From the IMG/VR virus record IMGVR_UViG_3300045988_043439, positions 1 through 58,137 of that record: DNA of 58,137 nucleotides. One strand, 5' to 3'. Made by a program: the position numbers and the translations under genes. Shown piece after piece: positions 44,548 through 52,194 of the stretch (the stretch's first letter is position 1; the number at the start of each line of letters is the position of its first letter). A model generated the notes under the pieces. It made no database searches, was not told the origin of the DNA, and was given only the letters and a program-made list of their open reading frames with translations. This stretch comes from a virus.

Positions 44548-45612
44548 TTGCGAGGAGAGCTGAAAAAATCAGTGCAAGAAGAAGAAATAATAATCGGGTT
44601 CGATGCCCTGTATAATTCCGAGGGCAAGTGCGCCAAAGGCGTGTGCCGCAAGGCAAGCGTTGGACGGTTTCACCTGTTTCGGATGGACGAGATCCTGAAA
44701 CTCCAAAAGGAGCTCGCGACAGGTACATACAAGGCACGGCCAACAATCAAAGTTAGAATCACCTATCCCAAGCCCCGCACAGCGGTTGCGAATGGCTTTC
44801 GGGATAGGGTATACCAGCGCTCTCTCAACGACAATGCTGTTTATCCAGCAATGACACGGAGCTTCATCCGGCAAAACGCGGCCTGTCAGACCGGCAAAGG
44901 TACCGACTGGGCGCGCAAGCAGGTCAAGCTCATGATGGAGCGCGAATACCGGCAGCACGGCGCTGATGGCTATGTGCTGTTGGTAGATATCCGGCACTAT
45001 TACGACACGATGCCCCATGACGTGGCAAACCGCTGCTTTGAGCGGCATCTGCCGCCAAGTGTGCATAACCGCGTGCGTGAGGTGCTGGATCGTCAATATA
45101 CCGGCGAGGCCGGTTATAATCCGGGCAGCCAGATGGTGCAGCTTGCCGGGATCTCGGTGCCCGACCCCATAGATCACTACATCAAGGAGCGCCTGCGGGC
45201 GAAAAAGTACGTCCGTTTTATGGATGATAGCCTCATCATCCACCACGACAAGGCGCAGCTTGAGGAGTGGCGGGAGGCGATCCGCGCCCGGTACGCTGCC
45301 GATGGCATGGAGCTGCACCCGACCAAGACCAAGATCGTCAGACTAAAGGATGGATTCCGTTTTCTAGGTTTCATCTACCGCCTGACCCCGGCGGGCAAGG
45401 TCGTTATGACCGTTGACCCGCAGAACGTCAAGGCCGAGCGCAAGCGCCTGTTTCGGCTTGCCCAGCTCATCAAGGCAGGAGAGAAACCGGTATCTGCCCT
45501 GTATGAGCAGTATGGATCATGGAAAGCCCATGCCGCTAAAGGCAACTCGCAGCAGCTGCTGCAGCGCATGGATCAATACGTTAAAACTCTGCTGGAGGGG
45601 ATAACGACATGA
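44548..45612 (+). CDS. DGR reverse transcriptase (start codon uncertain; the ORF track uses TTG)
   Basis: RT motifs: PKPRTAVANGFRDRVYQ, VLLVDIRHYYD, NPGSQMVQLAG, YVRFMDDSLII (YxDD box), KTKIV...FLGF. Confidence 0.9.
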   Translation: MRGELKKSVQEEEIIIGFDALYNSEGKCAKGVCRKASVGRFHLFRMDEILKLQKELATGTYKARPTIKVRITYPKPRTAVANGFRDRVYQRSLNDNAVYPAMTRSFIRQNAACQTGKGTDWARKQVKLMMEREYRQHGADGYVLLVDIRHYYDTMPHDVANRCFERHLPPSVHNRVREVLDRQYTGEAGYNPGSQMVQLAGISVPDPIDHYIKERLRAKKYVRFMDDSLIIHHDKAQLEEWREAIRARYAADGMELHPTKTKIVRLKDGFRFLGFIYRLTPAGKVVMTVDPQNVKAERKRLFRLAQLIKAGEKPVSALYEQYGSWKAHAAKGNSQQLLQRMDQYVKTLLEGITT

Positions 45613-45773
45613 AAATTGTTCGCAACACTGGCGGCATCAAGACCGCCGCCGAAAACGAGAACCGGGACGCGGATTTGGCACAGATCGCGTCTATGGTGGA
45701 CTTCCTGTGCATTCTGGCCGATGTGCCCATTGAGGACGAGGCTGCAGACAAGGAGGGCATGAGCCATGAGTGA
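45609..45773 (+). CDS. Small hypothetical protein (54 aa, hand-called)
   Basis: ATGA overlap with the RT stop; MKIVRNTGGIKTAAENENRDADLAQIASMVDFLCILADVPIEDE... Confidence 0.4.
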   Translation: MKIVRNTGGIKTAAENENRDADLAQIASMVDFLCILADVPIEDEAADKEGMSHE

Positions 45774-45918
45774 TAATCACAGCGCGATCTTTGGCAAAGC
45801 AAAAGACGAGTATGAGGCGGGCCTCTGGTCTAAGGCCATGCTACGCATCCTTGTGCAGCGCAAGCCCCAGCGCCTGACCGCAGCGGAGTATGAAGAAATC
45901 ACCGGCGAAAAGTATTAA
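45766..45918 (+). CDS. XkdX-like small protein (50 aa, hand-called)
   Basis: ...EYEAGLWSKAMLRILVQRKPQRLTAAEYEEITGEKY resembles the XkdX family pattern. Confidence 0.45.
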   Translation: MSDNHSAIFGKAKDEYEAGLWSKAMLRILVQRKPQRLTAAEYEEITGEKY

Positions 45919-45928
45919 GGAGCAGAGT

Positions 45929-46606
45929 ATGAGACCTATCATGGACGTTTCCCGCTGGCAGGGCAGCATCGACTGGGACAAGGTCAAGGCAAGCGGTCTT
46001 GTCTCCGGTGTGATGCTGCGGGCGCTGGGCAACAGCGCCAAAGACGCTCCCAGCAAGCCGTACATCGACCCCACCTTTGAGCCCAACTACCGCGAGTGCC
46101 AGCGGCTTGGCATCCACTGCGGCGTGTACTACTACTGCAAGGCAGTCAACACAGCAGAGGCAGACGCAGAACTTGCCCTGCTGCGCAAGGTGCTGACCGG
46201 CAAGACGGTGCAGCTGCCGGTGGCGGTTGACATTGAGGACAGCTATGTGCAAGCACCGCTCGACAAGCAGACCCTGACGGACATTGCCGCCCATGCGCTG
46301 GGCACGGTAGAGCGCTGGGGCTTTTACGCCATACTGTACACCGGGCTGTACTTTGGCCGTGATAACCTGTACATGGGCGGTGCGGCACTCAAGCCGTATG
46401 ACGTGTGGCTTGCAGCCTACCGCAGCAAAAAGCCCGCGCCGGAATGGAAATTCGGCTTGTGGCAGTACACCAGCAAGGGCAAGATTCCCGGTGTTGTGGA
46501 CGCGATACCGGGCAAGATTTCCGGCGTGGACTTGTCTGTGCCCTACAAGAACTATGCCAAAATCATCGCTAAGAAGGGTCTGACCCGTCTTCGGGAGGGC
46601 AAATGA
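45929..46606 (+). CDS. Endolysin, GH25 muramidase
   Basis: MRPIMDVSRWQGSIDWDKVKASG...; WQYTSKGKIPGV...DLS. Confidence 0.8.
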   Translation: MRPIMDVSRWQGSIDWDKVKASGLVSGVMLRALGNSAKDAPSKPYIDPTFEPNYRECQRLGIHCGVYYYCKAVNTAEADAELALLRKVLTGKTVQLPVAVDIEDSYVQAPLDKQTLTDIAAHALGTVERWGFYAILYTGLYFGRDNLYMGGAALKPYDVWLAAYRSKKPAPEWKFGLWQYTSKGKIPGVVDAIPGKISGVDLSVPYKNYAKIIAKKGLTRLREGK

Positions 46607-46992
46607 CCGAAAAAGAAGCTTTGCTGTGGGTGCTGGGCATCTTGGGCAGCCTGTGCGCCGCTGCCATCACCATCGACAAGGTGCTGGAAATCATCCATAA
46701 GTACATCAAGAAGGCACAGGAGCCGGACAACGCGCAGAACAAGCGGCTGGATGAGCTGGACAAGCGCGTTGGCACCTTGGAACAGGGTCAGCTCCAGCAT
46801 ACACAAGCCCTTGCAAGAGACCTCCGGCGATTTGACGGCATTGACGAAGAAATGCGACTTGTCCTCGTTGGCGTGCAAAACCTTTTGGATGCGCAACTAT
46901 CCGGCAACAACCGGGAAGGTATGCAAAAAAGCAAGACCGACATTAACAATTATCTGCTGAAAGGAGTAACCAATCATGGAAGCAATCCTTAA
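46603..46992 (+). CDS. Lysis-associated membrane-anchored coiled-coil protein
   Basis: N-terminal TM LLWVLGILGSLCAAAI followed by a coiled coil; lies between the endolysin and holin genes. Confidence 0.4.
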   Translation: MTEKEALLWVLGILGSLCAAAITIDKVLEIIHKYIKKAQEPDNAQNKRLDELDKRVGTLEQGQLQHTQALARDLRRFDGIDEEMRLVLVGVQNLLDAQLSGNNREGMQKSKTDINNYLLKGVTNHGSNP

Positions 46993-47317
46993 CACCATTC
47001 TCACCCCGCTGCCCGCGTGGCTGGCGCTTGCGCTCATCGTTGTGGGCGCTGTGTCGCTTGTGCTGGGGCTTATCCGTCTGGGCTACGGCGCAGCGGTCAG
47101 GACGCTGGTGCTTGACCTCATCGACCAAGCAGAGCGTGAGATTCAGGGCACCAAGCGCGGCGCAGAGCGCAAGGCGTGGTGCGTCAAGATGCTGCGCCAC
47201 TATCTGGACAACAGCCGGTGGGGCAAGCTGGTCAGCTGGGCTATCACCGAAGAGACCATGAGCAAGGTTATCCAGTTTTTCTTTGACCGGGCACGAGCGG
47301 CACTGCAAAAGCAGTAA
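46976..47317 (+). CDS. Holin (LL-H-type by eye)
   Basis: N-terminal TM LPAWLALALIVVGAVSLVLGLI plus a charged C-terminal domain. Confidence 0.55.
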   Translation: MEAILNTILTPLPAWLALALIVVGAVSLVLGLIRLGYGAAVRTLVLDLIDQAEREIQGTKRGAERKAWCVKMLRHYLDNSRWGKLVSWAITEETMSKVIQFFFDRARAALQKQ

Positions 47318-47327
47318 GGAGGATATC

Positions 47328-47606
47328 ATGGCAAGCACTACATACCGCCATCTCGGTGACGTCACCGAGATGTACGCCGCACAAGAGCAATTTCGTGACC
47401 TCACGAAAATGGTCTGCGCACGTTTTCGTGGCCTCACGAAAACATACCATCTCGGCAATGCCAACAAACTGGTGACGTTTTGTCACCGGTTTGCCGTCAT
47501 TTGCAATATGGTGCGCAACGCCGGACAGCTGCCGCAGCCTTTTTGGCTCGGTGCTGCCTGTGGCGGCAGCTCGCATAGTCTTTCCGCCAGCGTTGCAAGG
47601 GCTTAA
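47328..47606 (+). CDS. Doubtful ORF behind a strong RBS; its 5' half is made of palindromic DNA
   Basis: TAAGGAGGA-ATG. The peptide repeats HLGDVTEM/FRDLTKMV/FRGLTKTY arise from inverted repeats and also read the same on the opposite strand. Confidence 0.2.
   Translation: MASTTYRHLGDVTEMYAAQEQFRDLTKMVCARFRGLTKTYHLGNANKLVTFCHRFAVICNMVRNAGQLPQPFWLGAACGGSSHSLSASVARA
47349..47487. repeat. Cluster of four inverted repeats
   Basis: 47349-47372 catctcggtgac|gtcaccgagatg (perfect 24 bp); 47391-47408 tttcgtga-cc-tcacgaaa; 47422-47443 gttttcgtg-gcct-cacgaaaac; 47471-47487 ggtgac-gtttt-gtcacc. Confidence 0.85.
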
Positions 47607-47784
47607 TGCAGAACAGATAAAAGCTGTGATAAAACGTGCGCCGCTTGGGAGGCATGACCGGAAAATCGCCCGGTTGCGGTACGTTGACCAGCTATGCCAA
47701 GTTGATATTGCAGCGCGTGTGCCGTATTGTCGGACATCAATCGGCAATAGGCTGAAAATTATTGATAAAATGCTGGATGTGTGA
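47491..47784 (+). CDS. Sigma-70 region-4-like / phage late regulator-like HTH protein (start uncertain)
   Basis: LNAEQIKAVIKRAPLGRHDRKIARLRYVDQLCQVDIAARVPYCRTSIGNRLKIIDKML. Confidence 0.45.
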   Translation: MPSFAIWCATPDSCRSLFGSVLPVAAARIVFPPALQGLNAEQIKAVIKRAPLGRHDRKIARLRYVDQLCQVDIAARVPYCRTSIGNRLKIIDKMLDV

Positions 47785-47836
47785 TATAATATAATTGTTC
47801 GTATCTTTCTGGCTGTAAGGGCGGTCAAAAGATACT

Positions 47837-47876
47837 GCCTACTTGCATTGGCCGTGCAGGTAGGCTTTTCTTTTTT
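47837..47876 (+). terminator. Rho-independent terminator
   Basis: gcctacttgca-ttggccg-tgcaggtaggc followed by ttttctttttt. Confidence 0.6.
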
Positions 47877-47884
47877 GCACGAAT

Positions 47885-48108
47885 TGTGGTATAATATTTA
47901 CAGACAATTCGCTTAATGAATTGCTGGTGTGGTCTGGCCTAAAGATTTCTGTCAGCACAAGCGCACAGCTTACGAAATTTAGTCTCCTGCCCGCCTACTC
48001 GCAGTGCGTACCATGTGGGAGACGCAGAAAAAAATAATCCCCTGCTTTGCCGAAGCCCTGCGTGCCACGCGGGTACTTTGTAGGCAAAGCGGGGGATTTT
48101 TTGTTTTA
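47885..48108 (+). ncRNA. Candidate ~200-nt RNA: extended -10 promoter to a strong terminator, with no ORF
   Basis: TGTGGTATAAT (47885-47895); internal stem gtctcc/ggagac; terminator atcccctgctttgcc...ggcaaagcgggggat plus T6. Confidence 0.35.
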
Positions 48109-48195
48109 TTCGCACTAGTTTTGTCGAAACCCTTGTCTTGCAAATCAAAACGTGATATTTTATTTTTGCTTCCAATGTGAAGCCCTTAACAGTTA

Positions 48196-48238
48196 AGCGC
48201 TCATGCGGATTTTTCCGTGTGGGCGCTTTTCTTTTTTG
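48196..48238 (+). terminator. Terminator-like hairpin
   Basis: agcgctcatgcgg-attttt-ccgtgtgggcgct (with G-U pairs) followed by tttctttttt. Confidence 0.45.
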
Positions 48239-48245
48239 CTCACAG

Positions 48246-48290
48246 TAATCAAGCTCTAATCAAGCTTTAAGCAAGCTTTAAGCAAGGTTC
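48246..48290. repeat. Four tandem ~11-nt repeats (T/A)AA(T/G)CAAGCT(C/T)T
   Basis: taatcaagctc taatcaagcttt aagcaagcttt aagcaaggttc, upstream of the gene at 48379. Confidence 0.7.
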
Positions 48291-48378
48291 AATTAAGATT
48301 TTTTGTCCTTCGTTTGACGTTCGTTGTCACTCGTTTTTTGCCAGTGCGATACACTGGGAGCAATAGGAGGGATGAACC

Positions 48379-48897
48379 ATGAGCTATTACCAAACATCCG
48401 GAGCACCCTATGTTCCGCAACAGCCCGTCAACCCTTACGGCGGTATGGGCACGGTAGGACTTGCCACTTCCCTGCCAAACGCACAGATGCAGCAAGCACA
48501 GCAGCAGCGTCCGCAGCCGATGAATGGGCAGCAGCCTGTTCAGCAGTCGGTACAGGACGGCGGTTGGCTGCTGGGCAGGCCTGTTTCCAGCAGGGAGGAA
48601 TTTTTGGCAATACCGTCTGACCTGTACGGCAGACCGACTTACTGCCCAGACCTGCGGAGTGGCGTGATCTACTGCAAGCGGCTGAACCCGGACACCTGTG
48701 AATCCTATGTGCAGGAGTTCTACAGCCCGGAAGCGTGGCGGCAGATACAGGCGCAACAGGCACAGCAGACCGCTGCACCGACACAGCAATATGTGCCTAT
48801 TGAAGAGTATAATGCCCTCGCCCACAGGCTGGATGAACTGGAAAAGTGGCAGAAAAGCTTTTCCAAGCCCACTGCCACAGCGAAGAAAGGAGAATAA
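48379..48897 (+). CDS. Gln/Pro-rich hypothetical protein
   Basis: RBS GGAGGGA; YYQTSGAPYVPQQPVNPYGG...QQAQQQRPQP...; C-terminal coiled coil. Confidence 0.55.
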   Translation: MSYYQTSGAPYVPQQPVNPYGGMGTVGLATSLPNAQMQQAQQQRPQPMNGQQPVQQSVQDGGWLLGRPVSSREEFLAIPSDLYGRPTYCPDLRSGVIYCKRLNPDTCESYVQEFYSPEAWRQIQAQQAQQTAAPTQQYVPIEEYNALAHRLDELEKWQKSFSKPTATAKKGE

Positions 48898-48899
48898 CA

Positions 48900-49151
48900 A
48901 TGTCCTCTCCGTTTGATGTGATTACGCACAGCCCCATCATGCAGCTTGCAAATCTGGCTCGCGCCGGGCAGAACCCGATGGGGCTTATCCAGCAGTTGAG
49001 CGGGCAGAACGCACCTATCATGCAGGGGCTAAACCTGATTCAGGGCAAAAACGAAGCGCAGCTCCGGACGATGGCACAGAACCTCGCCAAAGAGCGTGGC
49101 ATCGACCTGAACCAGCTGGCAAGCGTCCTGAATTTGACGCTGCCCCGGTAA
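48900..49151 (+). CDS. Hypothetical small protein
   Basis: RBS AAAGGAGA; 83 aa, Q/N/L-rich. Confidence 0.5.
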   Translation: MSSPFDVITHSPIMQLANLARAGQNPMGLIQQLSGQNAPIMQGLNLIQGKNEAQLRTMAQNLAKERGIDLNQLASVLNLTLPR

Positions 49152-49273
49152 CGCATCCCTCTAAGCGAAACGCTTCTCAGTTTTGCGGACTTGACAAAAA
49201 CCGCTTTTGTTTGGCTTCGCCCATCGCACACGGCGGTGGGATAGCATAACGCAAAACTGAAAGGAGTTTTGTT

Positions 49274-50146
49274 ATGGACGATTTTGCAACTGGCTATCTG
49301 GCTGGGCAGGACGGCGGCAATAACAACGGCGGATTCTTCGGCAACGAAGGTCTGTGGGCGGTTATCATCCTCGCCATCATCTTCGGCTGGGGCAACTACG
49401 GTAACGGGCGAAACGGTGGTGACAACGGCATGAACAGTTACATCCCCTATCTGGTCGGCACTGGCGCAACTGGTCAGGGCGGTGCAGACACCCGCGCGGC
49501 TTTGTCAGAGGGCTTCTACCAGCAGGATACCTCCCGCTCTCTGGCTGGCATCCAGAGCGGTATCTGCTCTCTGGGCTATGACCAGCTGGCACAGATGAAC
49601 GGCGTCAACACCAACATTGCGAACGGCTTTGCAGGCGTGAACAGCGCCATCTGTCAGCTTGGCTATCAGAACGCACAGCTGGTGAACGGACTGGAGCGCA
49701 GCGTGTCCAATGGCGACAACGCCATCAGCCTTGCTATCATGCAGGAGGGCAACGCACGTCAGGCTGGTCAGACCGCTATTCAGACGCAGCTGGCATCTTG
49801 CTGCTGCGAGAACAAGCAGCTCATCGGTGACCTGAAGTACACCATCGCAACGGAGGACTGCGCTACCCGTCAGGCTATCGCAGACAATGCCCGCGCCATC
49901 GTGGACAACTGCAACGCCAACTTCCGCAGCATGATGGACTACTTCACGCAGGACAAGATTGCCACTCTGACCGCTGAGAACCAGAACCTCAAGTTCGCCG
50001 CTTCTCAGGATCGTCAGAATGCGCTTCTGACCACCGTGATGTCTCAGCAGACCGATACCATCCTGAACCGGGTCAATCCTCGTCCGATTCCCGCTTATCA
50101 GGTGGCAAACCCCAACGTGGGCGTGAACTGCTGCGGCTGCTGCTAA
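49274..50146 (+). CDS. Gly/Asn-rich membrane-anchored protein ending in CCGCC
   Basis: GQDGGNNNGGFFGNEGLWAVIILAIIFGWGNYGNG (one TM); repeats SGICSLGYDQLAQ / SAICQLGYQNAQ; ASCCCENK; C-terminus VNCCGCC. Confidence 0.55.
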   Translation: MDDFATGYLAGQDGGNNNGGFFGNEGLWAVIILAIIFGWGNYGNGRNGGDNGMNSYIPYLVGTGATGQGGADTRAALSEGFYQQDTSRSLAGIQSGICSLGYDQLAQMNGVNTNIANGFAGVNSAICQLGYQNAQLVNGLERSVSNGDNAISLAIMQEGNARQAGQTAIQTQLASCCCENKQLIGDLKYTIATEDCATRQAIADNARAIVDNCNANFRSMMDYFTQDKIATLTAENQNLKFAASQDRQNALLTTVMSQQTDTILNRVNPRPIPAYQVANPNVGVNCCGCC

Positions 50147-50231
50147 CCAACACACTCCCCGATAACACCGGGTGAACCATCGGGGCAGGGGTAAGACACC
50201 TCTGCCCCTGATTTTTTAGGAGGAAAACATT

Positions 50232-50603
50232 ATGGCTTGCAAAACAAGCTGCCGTCTGTGCCCGCACCTTGTCATCTCGAATGCGGTGACGTTCGCCAAT
50301 GACACGCTGACCATCAACATCCCTGCTGGCGCATACCAAAACGGAGAGCGTTATTGCATTGTGGTTGCTCAGAGCATCCCGGACACGACCACCATCAACG
50401 CCCCTGTGGTCATCACCATCGGCGCAGGCACGACCGCATACCCTCTGACCGACTGCAACTGCGCTCAGGCAACCGCCGAAAGCATCCACACCCGCACCCG
50501 CTACGCTACCCGTGTGGCAACGTCTGCGACCGGCACCGGCACGTTCAAATATCTTGGCTGCTTCTGCCGCTCCCACGCTGGTGCGCCCGCGTCTATTTCT
50601 TGA
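50232..50603 (+). CDS. Cys-rich Thr/Ala-rich hypothetical protein
   Basis: MACKTSCRLCP...TDCNCAQ...LGCFCRSH; RBS AGGAGGA. Confidence 0.55.
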   Translation: MACKTSCRLCPHLVISNAVTFANDTLTINIPAGAYQNGERYCIVVAQSIPDTTTINAPVVITIGAGTTAYPLTDCNCAQATAESIHTRTRYATRVATSATGTGTFKYLGCFCRSHAGAPASIS

Positions 50604-50616
50604 GGAGGTGTAGATT

Positions 50617-51255
50617 ATGGGCAAGACTAATTTTCGCCGCATGATGATGCTCCGTGAACACGACAAAAGCCGTGAGCCGGAACGTGACCGCCTTGAGGAA
50701 GAGCGTGACCGCAGGGAGCGTGAGATGGAACGCCGTCTGCGTAAGCTGGAAGGTGGCAACGACCGCTATCCCTACTATCCGCAGGAGGAAAACCGCTACA
50801 TCGACCCCTACCCTATCCCCCGCTACCCTGACGTAGAGTATGGGCGCAGAATGCCGCAAATCGGCTTCTCGCAGAACGGAGACTGGGATAAACGGTCTGG
50901 GCAGTACGAACATGGTGGCGCAGACAGCCGCTCCATCAAGATGCCACGCCAGCACCTCACCCACGATGAAGCAGAGGAATGGTGTGACAGCATGGTCAAC
51001 GCTGACGGCACGAAAGGCTGTCACTGGACGCTGGAGCAGACGCAGGACGTGGCCAAACAGCGCAATATCACCTGTGACCCGAACGATTTCTGGGCTGTCA
51101 TGAACATGATGTACTCGGATTATTGTCAGGTTGCAAAGCGCCAGTCCGTTGACACTCCGGGCTTCTACGCTGACATGGCAAAGGCGTTCCTTGAGGACAC
51201 GGACGCCGTAGACGGCAAGGCGTATCTCTACTGGGATTGCATTGCTGATAAGTAA
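50617..51255 (+). CDS. Hypothetical protein with an Arg/Glu/Asp-rich N-terminus and a conserved-looking C-terminal domain
   Basis: EPERDRLEEERDRREREMERRLRK...; C-terminus HLTHDEAEEWCDSMVNADGTKGCHWTLEQT...FWAVMNMMYSDYC. Confidence 0.55.
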   Translation: MGKTNFRRMMMLREHDKSREPERDRLEEERDRREREMERRLRKLEGGNDRYPYYPQEENRYIDPYPIPRYPDVEYGRRMPQIGFSQNGDWDKRSGQYEHGGADSRSIKMPRQHLTHDEAEEWCDSMVNADGTKGCHWTLEQTQDVAKQRNITCDPNDFWAVMNMMYSDYCQVAKRQSVDTPGFYADMAKAFLEDTDAVDGKAYLYWDCIADK

Positions 51256-51259
51256 ATAA

Positions 51260-51297
51260 GAACCCCCTGTGCGGTCATTGTGACTACACAGGGGTTC
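51260..51297. terminator. Bidirectional terminator between convergent blocks
   Basis: gaaccccctgtg...cacaggggttc followed by ttctatttt. Confidence 0.6.
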
Positions 51298-51317
51298 TTC
51301 TATTTTAACTTTAGAAC

Positions 51318-51512
51318 TTAGTTTTTATATGCCCGACGCTCCCACGCCTGCATCGCCCCGTCCTTTGTTTTATAGGTGCCAGTCTTGCTTTCACAGTTAA
51401 GGCACTCAACAAAGTATCGCCACATTCCAGCCTTCGCTCCTCTATCGTTTAGCATGATATAAGGATACTCTGCTGCGCAAAATGGACATGGTTTCAATTC
51501 ATGTTCTTCCAT
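51318..51512 (-). CDS. Lar-like (restriction-alleviation family) zinc-ribbon protein
   Basis: LKPCPFCAAE...VECLNCESKTG...AMQAWERR. Confidence 0.5.
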   Translation of the reverse strand: MEEHELKPCPFCAAEYPYIMLNDRGAKAGMWRYFVECLNCESKTGTYKTKDGAMQAWERRAYKN

Positions 51513-51533
51513 TATGATTCTCCTTAAATCTCA

Positions 51534-51791
51534 TCATTTCAAATAATGTGCCGGAGCATCTTTCATAAGAAGCAATACAATCTGTTCATACCGTTTATGC
51601 GCTTCTTCCGTAATGGCATATTCCAACGCCCTCACATCTGGAAACTGTAAATTTTCTGATAAAATCTTGAGCGTAGAAGTCTGTTCCAACACTCCGTTTC
51701 CATCCTTGAACTTGTAAACACTCTTGCATAACGCAACCAAATCGTTGTCACTAACGTGAACAATATAGTTGTTCATTTCTCCGTAGTTCAT
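51534..51791 (-). CDS. Hypothetical protein
   Basis: 85-aa ORF. Confidence 0.5.
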   Translation of the reverse strand: MNYGEMNNYIVHVSDNDLVALCKSVYKFKDGNGVLEQTSTLKILSENLQFPDVRALEYAITEEAHKRYEQIVLLLMKDAPAHYLK

Positions 51792-51823
51792 AGCAATCTC
51801 TCCTTAAATCTCAGCTTTTATTG

Positions 51824-52111
51824 TTATTTTGAATAATGCGATGAAGAGTTTTTGGTATAGTACAATTCCATATCCGCCTTGTACATATCAAGTTGTCTTT
51901 TGCTATCCACAAGCGTGTTAAAATTATATCCAGCCGCAAAAGATACGGCGATGGATAAAATCAAGTGCGCTGCGACCCATTTACCAGCTAAGATAAAAGG
52001 AATCTGAACTGCTACAGCAAAGGCATCAAACAAAAGAACGTAAACTCCGTGCTTTATCATTTTCTGTAAACGGCTAATGCTTTCTTCGTAAAATTCCTTT
52101 GACTTCATCAT
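51824..52111 (-). CDS. Membrane protein
   Basis: Two TM helices (VYVLLFDAFAVAVQIPFIL, AAHLILSIAVSFAAGY). Confidence 0.5.
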   Translation of the reverse strand: MMKSKEFYEESISRLQKMIKHGVYVLLFDAFAVAVQIPFILAGKWVAAHLILSIAVSFAAGYNFNTLVDSKRQLDMYKADMELYYTKNSSSHYSK

Positions 52112-52194
52112 ATATCAATCCTCCATAAATCTCAGCTTTTATCGGATGAGTAATTCTTTAATATACAGCGTTTCAAATTTACACAGGGTTTCTT

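Noticed and set aside
44267-44563. 98-aa ORF (MGRNVRLRSANRGNGNNAFNVNSS...) in the ORF track
   Set aside because: It is the DGR template repeat plus spacer read as protein. Its Asn-rich translation mirrors the VR peptide because of the TR adenines. It has no RBS and is intergenic in the canonical DGR layout.
47268-47828. 186-aa minus-strand ORF containing HFREVTK/HLGDVTEM repeats
   Set aside because: The repeats are the reverse-strand reading of the same DNA palindromes. The ORF runs antisense through the sigma-like gene and has no RBS.
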